From positions 64,001-128,000 of the forward strand of contig CBDCKW010000009.1 in the NCBI GenBank assembly GCA_965218435.1: DNA of 64,000 nucleotides. Direction: 5' to 3'. This document shows positions 20,706 through 30,290 of this stretch, piece after piece; the stretch's first letter is position 1, and each line of letters begins with the position of its first letter. The position numbers and the translations under genes are program-made. The DNA comes from Truepera sp. GTDB lineage: Bacteria; Deinococcota; Deinococci; Deinococcales; Trueperaceae. The notes under the pieces were generated by a model. That model was not told the origin of the DNA. It saw only the letters and a program-made list of their open reading frames with translations, and did not search any database.

Positions 20706-21126
20706 TGCGACGCACCTCCTGAATGCGGACGAGGTTGCCTGCAGGATCGCGGAAGGCGCAGTCGCGAACGCCGTATGGCTGCTCGGTCGGCTCCTGGACG
20801 ACCTCAGCGTCGCCCGCCTGTATCCGCTCGAAAGTACTGTCAAGGTCGGGGGTGGCCAGGATGAGGCTGGCATAACTGCCTTTAGCCATCATCTCCGCGA
20901 CCGTGCGGCGCTCGTCGTCGGTGAGGCCGGGGGTGGCTTCTGGTGGATATAAGACGACGGAAGTGCCGGGCTGACCCTTCGGGCCGACGGTGAGCCAGCG
21001 CATCCCCTCATAGCCGACGTCGTTGCGAACCTCGAAACCAAGCGTGTCGCGGTAGAAAGCTAGCGCCGCGTCAGGGTCATTTTGCGGCAAAAACGTGTTG
21101 TGGATGGTGATGTCCATGGTGGTCAT
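20698..21126 (-). CDS. VOC/glyoxalase-family protein
   Basis: AFYRDTLGFEV, QPYGVRDCAFRDPAGN. Confidence 0.9.
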   Translation of the reverse strand: MTTMDITIHNTFLPQNDPDAALAFYRDTLGFEVRNDVGYEGMRWLTVGPKGQPGTSVVLYPPEATPGLTDDERRTVAEMMAKGSYASLILATPDLDSTFERIQAGDAEVVQEPTEQPYGVRDCAFRDPAGNLVRIQEVRRNG

Positions 21127-21165
21127 GCTCCTTTCGTATGGCGATGGCCATGAACATCATTCTAG

Positions 21166-21621
21166 CTACAGCTTAGGAACCTTCGCTTCTTGATTCCTGA
21201 TCGGTCGGGTTACCTGTTTGGCCACACACGCTGGCATCCCTACTGTTTCATGCGCGGCCTGTTGCCGATAAACGCTCGGCGCCACCCCGACCAGCTCGGT
21301 AAAGCGGGTGCTGAAGGTACCCAGCGACTGACAGCCGACCTCGAAACAAACGTCGGTGACGCTTCTGTCGCCCCGGCGCAAGAGTGCCATCGCTCTCTCA
21401 ATGCGCCGTGTCATCAGATAGCTGTACGGCGATTCGCCGTAGGCGAGCCGGAACTGGCGGCTGAGGTGCCCGGCGGACATGTGTGCGGCGCGGGCGAGCG
21501 CCTCGACGTCAAGCGGCTGGGCGTACTCCCGGTCGATGCGGTCGCGGACGCGGCGGAGCCGTACGAGGTCGTGCAGGTGCGGCGCTGCGGGTTTGTTGGT
21601 CATGGGCGCTGATTTTATCAT
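21166..21621 (-). CDS. AraC-family HTH regulator
   Basis: LARAAHMSAGHLSRQF, VGCQSLGTFSTRF; start may be ATG 21603. Confidence 0.9.
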   Translation of the reverse strand: MIKSAPMTNKPAAPHLHDLVRLRRVRDRIDREYAQPLDVEALARAAHMSAGHLSRQFRLAYGESPYSYLMTRRIERAMALLRRGDRSVTDVCFEVGCQSLGTFSTRFTELVGVAPSVYRQQAAHETVGMPACVAKQVTRPIRNQEAKVPKL

Positions 21622-21685
21622 GAAGAGCTAGTAGCGCTCAGGTGGGTGAAAAGCATTTTGGTATACCTTCATCTGCGTACGAGAA

Positions 21686-21793
21686 ACCTAACGCCGTTGC
21701 TCCTCGGCCACCAACCTACGATAGGCTGCCGTCGCTACGCTCAAGGTGTGGCGAAGGCTAACACGGTATTTAGGCGCAACAATGGCGTTAATT
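21686..21793 (-). other. attC-like imperfect palindrome
   Basis: Minus strand AATTAAC-GCCATTGTTGCGCCT...AGGAGCAACGGC-GTTAGGT; self-complementary ends. Confidence 0.4.
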
Positions 21794-21868
21794 GATCTGC
21801 GCTCGAGCTCGTAGCACAGTCGTGACGTTGCAGCGTGGCGCGTAGCAAGGGCCTCATGTTACTTAGCC

Positions 21869-23101
21869 TTACTCTACCCGCCTAAACACCAGCGCCGCGT
21901 TCTGCCCCCCAAACGCAAAATTGGTCGAGAGCACATACTCCGCCTGCACCTCCCGCGCACACCCCGGAATATAGTCGAGGTCGCACTCAGGGTCGGAGTC
22001 TTCATAGTTACGGGTCGGCGGCAAAAAGCCTTCTTTTAAGACCTGCGCACAGGCAATTGCTTCAACGCCGCCCGCCGCGCCCAACATATGCCCGGTCATG
22101 GACTTTGTGGACGAAACCGGTGGAACGTTCTCTTTGCCGCCAAAAACCGTTTTATAGGCGAGCGTTTCGTTCAGGTCGTTGATAGGTGTGCTGGTACCGT
22201 GCGCGTTGATGTAGTCAATTTGCTCAGCCGAGACGCCCGCAGATTTGAGCGCCCAGTTGATACAGCGCACCGCGCCCGCGCCGCCCGGAGCCGAGGCGGT
22301 GATGTGATAGGCGTCGGCGGAGGTCGCGCAACCGATGATTTCGGCGTAGATAGTCGCGCCCCGAGCCTTTGCACGCTCAAACTCCTCCAAGACTAAAATC
22401 CCGGCCCCTTCACCCGCGACAAAGCCGTCTCTTGACGCCGTAAACGGGCGTGAGGCGGTCTCGGGCGAGTCGTTCCGGGTTGAAAGCGCCTTCATGACAG
22501 CAAAGCCGCCGATCCCCATCGGCGTGACGCACGCTTCGCTGCCGCCGGTGACCATGATCTCAGCCTCGCCGCGCTGAATGATGTGGTAAGCGTCGCCGAT
22601 AGCGCCTGAACCGGTGGCGCAGGCTGTGACAACGGTGCTCGAGGGGCCCTGCAACCCGTAACGCATCGAGACCTGACCCGAAGCCATATTCGCAATCATC
22701 ATCGGGATAAAAAAGGGGCTCATCCGCATCGGCGAGCGTTCAAAACGGATTTTCGACTGCTGTTCCCAGGTATCTAAGCCGCCGATGCCGCTCCCGATAC
22801 AGGTACCGGTGTGCTCGCCAGCTACGTCGTCTTCGCTCAGTCCGGCGTCTTGTAGCGCCAAAGACGCGCCGACAAGTGCGAGCTGCACAAAGCGGTCGAG
22901 GCGTTTGGCCTCTTTGCGTTCGATGTAATCAGAAAGCTCAACGTCAACTTCACCGGCAATCTGAACCGACAGGTCGGACGCGTCGAAGCGGGTAATTTTG
23001 CGGATGCCGTTTTTACCCTCTTTTTGGGCTTCTAAAAAAGCCTCTGTTCCCACGCCGATCGGCGTGACAGGACCGAGGCCGGTAATCACAACTCGTTTCA
23101 T
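21869..23101 (-). CDS. fabF: Beta-ketoacyl-ACP synthase II
   Basis: TACATG, NAHGTST, KSMTGH, NFAFGG. Confidence 0.97.
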   Translation of the reverse strand: MKRVVITGLGPVTPIGVGTEAFLEAQKEGKNGIRKITRFDASDLSVQIAGEVDVELSDYIERKEAKRLDRFVQLALVGASLALQDAGLSEDDVAGEHTGTCIGSGIGGLDTWEQQSKIRFERSPMRMSPFFIPMMIANMASGQVSMRYGLQGPSSTVVTACATGSGAIGDAYHIIQRGEAEIMVTGGSEACVTPMGIGGFAVMKALSTRNDSPETASRPFTASRDGFVAGEGAGILVLEEFERAKARGATIYAEIIGCATSADAYHITASAPGGAGAVRCINWALKSAGVSAEQIDYINAHGTSTPINDLNETLAYKTVFGGKENVPPVSSTKSMTGHMLGAAGGVEAIACAQVLKEGFLPPTRNYEDSDPECDLDYIPGCAREVQAEYVLSTNFAFGGQNAALVFRRVE

Positions 23102-23306
23102 CCCTCTAATTTACCCTATCGCGTCTAAACTGTCGTGTTTGCCCCTGCCTGGTATTAAGTCTTTAGCAGCGCAACACGCTAAAGCTGCTGGCCATAAGCT
23201 GTTACGGCGCAGCTCTATTTAAGAGGCTGCGCCGTAACGTATTTTCACTAGCATCTATCTCAAAAGTGGCTTTTGAGACGACTTCTACTGTGTTTAACTG
23301 CTGTAG

Positions 23307-23546
23307 TTACTTTTGGGCCGAGATAAAGTTGACGGCGTCGCCGACGGTGCGGATGCCTTCGGCTTCTTCATCGCTGATTTCGATACCGAATTCGTCCTCG
23401 AGCCCCATAATCAGCTCTACGACGTCGAGCGAGTCTGCGCCCAAGTCGTCAACAAATGATGCCTCTTCGGTGACGTCACCAGCGTCGGCGTCGAGTTTGT
23501 CGGCGGCAACTTCTTTGATCTTGGCTAAAATTTCACTTCTGTCCAT
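23307..23546 (-). CDS. acpP: Acyl carrier protein
   Basis: [12 protein letters not shown]. Confidence 0.97.
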   Translation of the reverse strand: MDRSEILAKIKEVAADKLDADAGDVTEEASFVDDLGADSLDVVELIMGLEDEFGIEISDEEAEGIRTVGDAVNFISAQK

Positions 23547-23641
23547 AACGGTCCTCCGAGTTAGGTCTCAAAACACTGGATTCTAACATAAGGGGTAGCT
23601 GCCCAAATTCTAGCATAGGTCTACGTCCCCTTAGCACCGCC

Positions 23642-24397
23642 CTAATGTAATACCATCCCGCCGTCTACCGTCAAGGTCTGGCCGTTGATATAAGACGCGC
23701 CCTCCGAAGCAAAAAAAGCGACGGCGGCGGCTACTTCGTTGGGGTAACCAAAACGGTTGGCGGCAATTCTCAAGAGAAAATTGTGCTTGAGTTGCTCGGA
23801 CAAGTTTTCAGTCATGTCTGATTCGATAAAGCCCGGAGCTACGGCGTTGACGGTAATGCCTTTAGCCCCGTACTCTTGCGCGAGCGCCTTGGTCAGCCCG
23901 ATAAGCCCCGCTTTTGACGCGACGTAGTTGGCTTGTCCGGGGTTGCCGTTAAGCGCGACGACTGACGAGATATTGATAATCCGGCCCCACTTATTTGAGA
24001 GCATCCCGCGCAGCGCAGTTTTAGACAAGATAAAGGCGCTCGTCAGGTTCGTATCTATAACAGCGTGCCAGTCGCTGCTTTTGAGGCGCAGCGCGAGGCC
24101 GTCTTTAGTAATGCCCGCATTATTGACCAAGATGTCCAAACTGCCGAAGTGCTCCTGAACCGCCTTGATGAGCCCTACACACGCGTCTTCTTGGGAAATG
24201 TCAGCCTGAAACACAGCGGCTTCTCCGGCACCCGTGCTGATTTCATCGGCCACGGCTTTAGCCGCCTCTGTCGAGCCGCCATAGTGAACCGCGACTCTGT
24301 AACCGAGCTGACCGAACCATAGGGCAACGGCGCGGCCGAGGCCCCGGCTCGAGCCCGTGACCAACACGACTTTAGCTTGGGTATTCGGTGTACTCAA
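23642..24397 (-). CDS. fabG: 3-oxoacyl-ACP reductase
   Basis: TGSSRGLG, NNAGIT, YVASK; fab operon context. Confidence 0.95.
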   Translation of the reverse strand: MSTPNTQAKVVLVTGSSRGLGRAVALWFGQLGYRVAVHYGGSTEAAKAVADEISTGAGEAAVFQADISQEDACVGLIKAVQEHFGSLDILVNNAGITKDGLALRLKSSDWHAVIDTNLTSAFILSKTALRGMLSNKWGRIINISSVVALNGNPGQANYVASKAGLIGLTKALAQEYGAKGITVNAVAPGFIESDMTENLSEQLKHNFLLRIAANRFGYPNEVAAAVAFFASEGASYINGQTLTVDGGMVLH

Positions 24398-25308
24398 AGG
24401 GCCTCCTCTAAACTTTTCATATCCGTTATCGCCAGGGCCGGAATCCCCTTAAGCGTGCGCTTGACTAAACCTGATAAAACGTTGCCAGAGCCGAACTCGA
24501 GAAACTCGGTGACGCCTAGAGCTTGTAGCCGCTCCAGCGTTTCGACCCAGCGAACCGGCGCGGTCACCTGCTGCTCTAACAGGCTCGGTGCGTCGGCAAT
24601 ATTATCCAAAACAGCTGCCGTCACATTACAGACAATCGGCGTTTGCGGCGGACTAAACGTTACCGCCTGCAGGTCGTGAGCTAACTTCTCCGCCGCCGGA
24701 CGCATCAAGCTGCAGTGAAAAGGTGCCGAGACGCTTAGCATAACCGTCCTTGCGCCCTCCCCTTTAAGCCGCTCAGCCGCCGCCTCGACTGCCCCTGCGT
24801 CACCTGAAATCACGGTCTGCTCAGGCGCGTTGAGGTTGGCGACGTCAACGACTTGTCCCGTCTCTGCTGCCGTCTCTGCGCAGACTCGCTCGACGTGAGT
24901 ACGGCCGGTTTTAAGAATAGCGGCCATCGCTCCCCGACCGCTCGGTACGGCCTCTTGCATATACCGACCGCGTTTATGGACAAGCTGCACGGCGTCCTCT
25001 AACGCCAGCGACCCCGCGACGACGTGCGCCGTAAACTCTCCGAGACTGTGACCTGCCAGATACGCCGGAGCTTCACCCCCTGCCTCACGGTACGCCGCAA
25101 ACGCCGCCGCGCCCGCTGCGACGAGCGCCGGTTGCTGATTGGCCGTCAGCTTGAGTTTGTCTTCAGGGCCGCGCCACATCAGCTCTAAAAGCCCCGGTAA
25201 GGCAGCTTCAGCCCTGTCCAGCACAGCTTTGGCGGCGGCGTTCCGGTAGAGCTCAGAGGCCATGCCGACGACCTGCGAGTTTTGGCCGGGAAAAAGGGCG
25301 GCGATCAC
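24394..25308 (-). CDS. fabD: Malonyl-CoA:ACP transacylase
   Basis: FPGQ, GHSLGE, SAPFH. Confidence 0.95.
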   Translation of the reverse strand: MIAALFPGQNSQVVGMASELYRNAAAKAVLDRAEAALPGLLELMWRGPEDKLKLTANQQPALVAAGAAAFAAYREAGGEAPAYLAGHSLGEFTAHVVAGSLALEDAVQLVHKRGRYMQEAVPSGRGAMAAILKTGRTHVERVCAETAAETGQVVDVANLNAPEQTVISGDAGAVEAAAERLKGEGARTVMLSVSAPFHCSLMRPAAEKLAHDLQAVTFSPPQTPIVCNVTAAVLDNIADAPSLLEQQVTAPVRWVETLERLQALGVTEFLEFGSGNVLSGLVKRTLKGIPALAITDMKSLEEAL

Positions 25309-26294
25309 GCGCCACTCCCCCAGGTCAAAACGGTCGCTGCCCAGGTCAGACCGGCCCCGAACGCGACCAAGAGCAGCTGGTCGCCCTCGGCGATGCGGCC
25401 CGACTCGAGCCCCGTTTTAAGCGCCAGCGGAATACTCGCCGTCGAATTATTCCCGTACTTATCTACCGTGACGATAACCCGTTCCGGCGGTAGTCCCAGC
25501 CGCTCGCGCGCCGCCTCGATAATCCGCAAATTGGCCTGGTGCGGGACGAATAAGCTGATGTCGGCGGGCGTCAAGCCTGCTTCGGACACAGCTTGAACAG
25601 TTGCGGTATCCATGACCCGCACCGCAAACTTAAAGACCTCGCGCCCGTTCATGTAGAGGTTGTCGGACAGGGGCGCACCGTTCGGCAAACAAGGTGCAAC
25701 CGCTTTGCGGCTCAGGTGGGACGCCCCGGATCCATCGGTTCCCAGGACAAACGAGCGAAACCCGAAAGGTTCCGGTACAGCCTCGACGATGGCGGCCCCG
25801 GCTCCGTCGCCGAAGAGTACCGCCGTCGAACGGTCGTTCCAGTCAACGATTTTACTCAGCGCCTCCGCGCCGATGGCTAAAACCTTTTTTAGCTTGCCCG
25901 ATTCAACGTAACCCTGCGCGACCGAGAGCGCGTAGAGCCAGCCCGGACACGCAGCCAAGAGGTCAAACGCTCCGGCTCTCAAGTTGAAATGGTCTTGCAC
26001 CAGCGCCGCGGTCGAGGGGAAAAGTGCGTCGGGCGTGTTCGTGGCAACAATCACCAGCTCCACGCCGTCTAACACGCGTTCACCGTGCCGCGCTACGAGG
26101 TCCTCGACGCTTCGGGTCGCCAGTTGCGAGGTGAACTCGCCTTCGGCGGCGATATGCCGGGTTTTGATGCCGGTGCGCTCGGTAATCCAAGCGTCGCTGG
26201 TGTCCATCATCTTTTCTAAATCGGCGTTGGTCAACACGCGTTCGGGCGCGTAGGCCCCGAGTGCGCTGATACCTGCACGTATAGGTACGCTCAT
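25305..26294 (-). CDS. fabH: Beta-ketoacyl-ACP synthase III
   Basis: AACPG, FGDGAGA, PHQAN, GNNS, FGAG. Confidence 0.95.
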   Translation of the reverse strand: MSVPIRAGISALGAYAPERVLTNADLEKMMDTSDAWITERTGIKTRHIAAEGEFTSQLATRSVEDLVARHGERVLDGVELVIVATNTPDALFPSTAALVQDHFNLRAGAFDLLAACPGWLYALSVAQGYVESGKLKKVLAIGAEALSKIVDWNDRSTAVLFGDGAGAAIVEAVPEPFGFRSFVLGTDGSGASHLSRKAVAPCLPNGAPLSDNLYMNGREVFKFAVRVMDTATVQAVSEAGLTPADISLFVPHQANLRIIEAARERLGLPPERVIVTVDKYGNNSTASIPLALKTGLESGRIAEGDQLLLVAFGAGLTWAATVLTWGSGA

Positions 26295-26326
26295 GGCAGT
26301 ATGCTCGTCTCAATAAGTAAATCCAT

Positions 26327-26351
26327 AAAAAAAGGCTGCTTCATTGCAGCC
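26327..26351 (-). terminator. Intrinsic terminator after rpmF
   Basis: Minus strand GGCTGC-AATGAA-GCAGCC-TTTTTTT. Confidence 0.7.
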
Positions 26352-26409
26352 CTACTCTAACGCTAAACGTCGCTGAGATGTCTTGCTGAGGTTTTTGAGG
26401 GTGAAAAAA

Positions 26410-26598
26410 CTACGCTTCGATGTCCAAAACTTGACGACCGGCGTAGTAGCCGCAGTGTGGGCAGACGATGTGTGAAGGTTTAAGTTCGCGGCACTGCGAG
26501 CAGGCGACGAGGGTCGGGGCGGAGAGCGCGTCGTGAGCGCGTCGTGAATCGCGCGATGAGCTCGAGGTGCGCTTTTTCGGAACGGGGTGCTTAGCCAT
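26410..26598 (-). CDS. rpmF: 50S ribosomal protein L32
   Basis: MAKHPVPKKRTS, CSQC/CPHC. Confidence 0.96.
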   Translation of the reverse strand: MAKHPVPKKRTSSSSRDSRRAHDALSAPTLVACSQCRELKPSHIVCPHCGYYAGRQVLDIEA

Positions 26599-26624
26599 AA
26601 AAACTCCTTAGCTTCTATCTAAAT

Positions 26625-27197
26625 CTACTGTGTATACAGTTCGATATCTTTAAGCGATTCAAACGGGGAAGGCTTACGCTGCTCAGCTTGAACCGGCGCG
26701 GCGTGCTCGGGATGGTCGTTAAGGTTTACGCCGTCGAGCGACAAACCGCGGCACTCCTCTTTACAAAGAACCGTCAGGGGCGATTCTATCGCAAATGCCT
26801 GCACGAGGAGCGGGGCAAAGTCTACGGTAGGCTGCGAAAAGACGAGTACGTCGTCTTCGTCATCGTTCTCGAGCAGCCTCAGTACCTCGCCACCTTTTCT
26901 GGGCTGGTACACCATCGGATAGATGAGGGTGCTGCGTACATTCGTCTCGACTTCGGTCAAGCAGCGGCGACACTCTTGTATGGCCGGTCCGGACACGCTT
27001 CCGGTCAAGATGTAATCGTCGCCGCCTGTGGCGCGTATCGTCAGGTCCCAGTGGAGCGGTCCGGCGACGCGCAACCCGTCAGCCTCGAGCAGTTCCGCAC
27101 TCGGCAGCAGCTCCCCTTCACCGTAAACCTCTTCACCCAGTTCAGGATCGAGTTTAAGGAGCGTGGCTAAATTGAGCGTGGCGTCTTGTTGCGACAT
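26625..27197 (-). CDS. yceD: DUF177/YceD protein
   Basis: ECRRCL, LCKEECRGL; conserved position upstream of rpmF. Confidence 0.85.
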   Translation of the reverse strand: MSQQDATLNLATLLKLDPELGEEVYGEGELLPSAELLEADGLRVAGPLHWDLTIRATGGDDYILTGSVSGPAIQECRRCLTEVETNVRSTLIYPMVYQPRKGGEVLRLLENDDEDDVLVFSQPTVDFAPLLVQAFAIESPLTVLCKEECRGLSLDGVNLNDHPEHAAPVQAEQRKPSPFESLKDIELYTQ

Positions 27198-27344
27198 CTC
27201 TCAAGAATATAGCTCACGCTGCCAGCCAGTCAAGGCGAGGTGGACAAAAAAGGCGAGGAATTGAGAAGACAGAATACGGGAGGGAGAATAAACCAGTACC
27301 CCGGATATTCTCCCTTCTGTGTTCTCTATTCTTGTTCTACCCGC

Positions 27345-28418
27345 TTACGTCCAGTAGAGCACTCGAGCCTCTGGAAACCGCACGGCAAGTTCCGTTTCAA
27401 AAAACGTCCGCAACTCGCTCATCACCTCTTTGGTATAGACGTATTTAAGGCCGCCGAACTTGTTGCGTTTGACGCTCCGCTCCGACTCGTCCATCTCGAG
27501 GCTTGAGTTTGGATACCAGCCTTCTAAAACTTCTTTAGAGCCGGGCGTAAAGCGGTGACTGATAAGTTCAAAGGTGAGGTCGTAGGGGAGCGTCAGGGTC
27601 GTCTCGAGCTCGTCTAATAACGCAGTGTAGTGCTCCTGCCAGCCTTCAAGCGGCATAATCGGCGCAATCACGGCACCTACCGGGTAGCCGTCTTGCGCAA
27701 GTTTGCGGAGTCCGTCAATCCGCGCCGAAACCGGGGCGGTGCCGCCCTCGAGCCGTTTGCTGACGGGGTCGGCGTTAACTGAAACCCTTGCCCGCGTCCG
27801 GCCGTGGTGCGGCAGCCCCAAAAGCGGCTCTACGGCGCTGAACTTACTCACCCAGCGGAGCTGCGCATTGTCACGGGTCCCAAAGTAGCGCACACACTCG
27901 GATAAGCTGCCGGTCAGGTGCTCTAAAGAAAGCGGATCGGTATAGCATGACGCCTCGAAAGTGGTGAGCTGACCTGGTTTTTCATAAGCCGCGAGCGCCC
28001 CTAGGACTTCGGGCAGGTTCGCATACACGCGGGTAATCGGTGGTCCTGAAAGTGAACCTGCGAGGTAGCAGTATTGACAGTGCGCCGGGCAGCCCTTCGC
28101 CAGGTGAAACTGCCAGTCCGCCGAGGGCGGAATCGGTTGGAGTTTAAGCATACTCGGGGGCGCATTGACGACAGCTAGGGTGCTCTTGGCCAAACGGTAC
28201 GTCTCACGGTCATCTTTGCCTTTAAGGGGTGGCAAGCGGTTGCTGCTGAGCTGCGTAACCTCCAGACCAAGTGCCGTGACGCGTTCTAAAATCTGCTGAC
28301 CGAAGGGCTGCTCTAAGGCGTCGGCGGTAAAAAAGATACGCTTGGGTTTCCACAATTTTTGTTTGGTTTCAGGCTTGGCTTGGTCCGCAGGTTTGGCTGA
28401 GAGCGTGGCAGAAAGCAT
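27345..28418 (-). CDS. Spore photoproduct lyase-family radical SAM protein
   Basis: CPAHCQYCYL, SCYTDP, APIM, HRFT, KFGGLKYVY match SplB-like proteins. Confidence 0.85.
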   Translation of the reverse strand: MLSATLSAKPADQAKPETKQKLWKPKRIFFTADALEQPFGQQILERVTALGLEVTQLSSNRLPPLKGKDDRETYRLAKSTLAVVNAPPSMLKLQPIPPSADWQFHLAKGCPAHCQYCYLAGSLSGPPITRVYANLPEVLGALAAYEKPGQLTTFEASCYTDPLSLEHLTGSLSECVRYFGTRDNAQLRWVSKFSAVEPLLGLPHHGRTRARVSVNADPVSKRLEGGTAPVSARIDGLRKLAQDGYPVGAVIAPIMPLEGWQEHYTALLDELETTLTLPYDLTFELISHRFTPGSKEVLEGWYPNSSLEMDESERSVKRNKFGGLKYVYTKEVMSELRTFFETELAVRFPEARVLYWT

Positions 28419-28731
28419 AGGCTCCTTTGGTAAAACTGTGAATGTGTCTGTAGCTTTTAGGATGTGAAATGGGCTTGACTACCGTGTCCTGCTAATATGT
28501 ATAGTTTAGCTTTTTAGGCCCGGAAAGAAACCCCAATAGATTACATTTTTACCGTCCAGCAGAGCTTTTAGAGAGGTTTTGGTCATGCTGGTCAACGCTC
28601 TCAAACATCTAGGATTCCAGTGTAGATGGGCGGGCTTAAGAGGAGACGCAGCTCAGGTTTCCTTACGAATTCTTTACAAGCCAACGCTAAAGCCAGGAGG
28701 TGCATAAGTAGTAAAAGTAGCAAGCCACTAC

Positions 28732-28812
28732 TTCTAACGGCGCTAGCGGGTGTATTTGTAGAGAGACTCGAGTGTTGCCCTAACTACTAAATCTTGCGGC
28801 GGTTTGTTAGGG
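28732..28812 (-). other. attC-like imperfect palindrome
   Basis: Minus strand CCCTAAC-AAACCGCCGCAAG...CCCGCTAGCGCC-GTTAGAA; long hairpin with an unpaired base. Confidence 0.4.
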
Positions 28813-28942
28813 TGGGACGCGCTAACTGAACAGTGAGTTGGTTTAGCCCGAGTTACGGGGTCAATTGTCACGCCCAAGGACGCACAACTAGGGGCGGCTC
28901 TCGGACTTTTACGATGAGAGCTCCAGGGGAAAAGGGGACGAT

Positions 28943-30289
28943 ATGTCGAAGGCCAAGCGGTTGTTTCGTTTACTTAAGCTAGGTATGGGTTTAGTTGGGA
29001 GCGGGGCACTGTTTGTCGCTACTGCGTCTCAGCCCGTCACCGTCAGCGGCGACTTAAACGTCTCCGGGTTTAGTTTGCCCGACGAAATTGCCAGCGTCCG
29101 CGTAGACACGTTCAAAAAGACGTATCCCGAGGTGAACCTCAACTTACCTGAAGGGTCTTTGGACGCGCAGCAATTTTTAACGGCGGTGGCGAGCCGTAAT
29201 GTGCCGGACGTGATTTACCTGAGCCGTGAAGACCTCAGTACCTACGCGACGCGCGGCGCGATTGAACCGTTAGACGAGTGCATCAACACGCAGGGGATTG
29301 ATACGAGTCAGTACCGCACCTTAGCGATGAACCAGGTGACGCTGGACGGTCAGGTTTACGGGATTCCCGAGTTTTATACGGTTACCGCGCTTATCTTGTC
29401 GGACAAAGCGTTTGCTGATGTGGGGCTCTCACCGAGCAACTTTACGACGAGCGACTGGGACAAGCTCTCACAACTTAACAAGCAGCTGACGCGCGACCAA
29501 AACGGCAAGCTGACGCGGATCGGGTTCGACCCCAAACTCCCGGAGTTTTTTCCGCTCTGGGTCAAAGCGAACGGCAGCCAGCTCTTATCAGACGATGGCC
29601 GCACGGCGATGCTCAACACGCCCGAGGCAGTTGAGGCGCTCACCTATACGCTGGGGCTTCATGACGCAGCCGGGGGCCGTCAGGACTTTATGGCCTTTCG
29701 CGACACCTGGGACTTTTTCGGCGCACAAAATGAACTCGTTGCCGATCAGCTCGCCGCGTTTCCGATGGAGCAGTGGTACTTTAACGTCTTAGCCGAAGCG
29801 TCGCCCGACCTGAAGATAACCGTCAAAGCGTTCTCTGATCGCCAAGGGAACCCCCTCACCTACGCGTCGGGTAATACCTGGGCGATTCCGCGCGGCGCAA
29901 AAAATCCCGAGGCGGCGTGCGCCTTTATGAAGACGATGACGGCTCCTGCCACGTGGCTGGCAGCGGCGAAGGCCCGCGCGAAAGCTCGCGCCGCTGACGA
30001 CCAAATTTTTACCGGTGTCTTTACCGGTAACCGCGTCGCAGACGAGCAAATCTTTAGTGAGGTGTACAAACCGAGTGGGAAGGGACCGTTTGACAACGCC
30101 GTTAAGGTCGCCCTCGAGGTTCAAGACAAAGCGTTTGCGACACCCTCGAACCCTGCCGGAGCTGAGTTCAAACAAGCCTGGACCGACGGGGTGAACCGGG
30201 CGCTAAACGGCGAGCAAGACCCGCAGGCGGCGCTCGACCAGGCGCAAAGGGAGGCGCAAGCGGCACTCGACGACGCCTGGAGCCGCTAA
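28943..30289 (+). CDS. Sugar ABC transporter substrate-binding protein
   Basis: Signal peptide, PDVI, DGQVYGIP; followed by two permeases. Confidence 0.9.
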   Translation: MSKAKRLFRLLKLGMGLVGSGALFVATASQPVTVSGDLNVSGFSLPDEIASVRVDTFKKTYPEVNLNLPEGSLDAQQFLTAVASRNVPDVIYLSREDLSTYATRGAIEPLDECINTQGIDTSQYRTLAMNQVTLDGQVYGIPEFYTVTALILSDKAFADVGLSPSNFTTSDWDKLSQLNKQLTRDQNGKLTRIGFDPKLPEFFPLWVKANGSQLLSDDGRTAMLNTPEAVEALTYTLGLHDAAGGRQDFMAFRDTWDFFGAQNELVADQLAAFPMEQWYFNVLAEASPDLKITVKAFSDRQGNPLTYASGNTWAIPRGAKNPEAACAFMKTMTAPATWLAAAKARAKARAADDQIFTGVFTGNRVADEQIFSEVYKPSGKGPFDNAVKVALEVQDKAFATPSNPAGAEFKQAWTDGVNRALNGEQDPQAALDQAQREAQAALDDAWSR

Positions 30290-30290
30290 C

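Noticed and set aside
25305..26598. Absence of plsX between rpmF and fabH
   Set aside because: This order is the usual arrangement in Thermus/Deinococcus.
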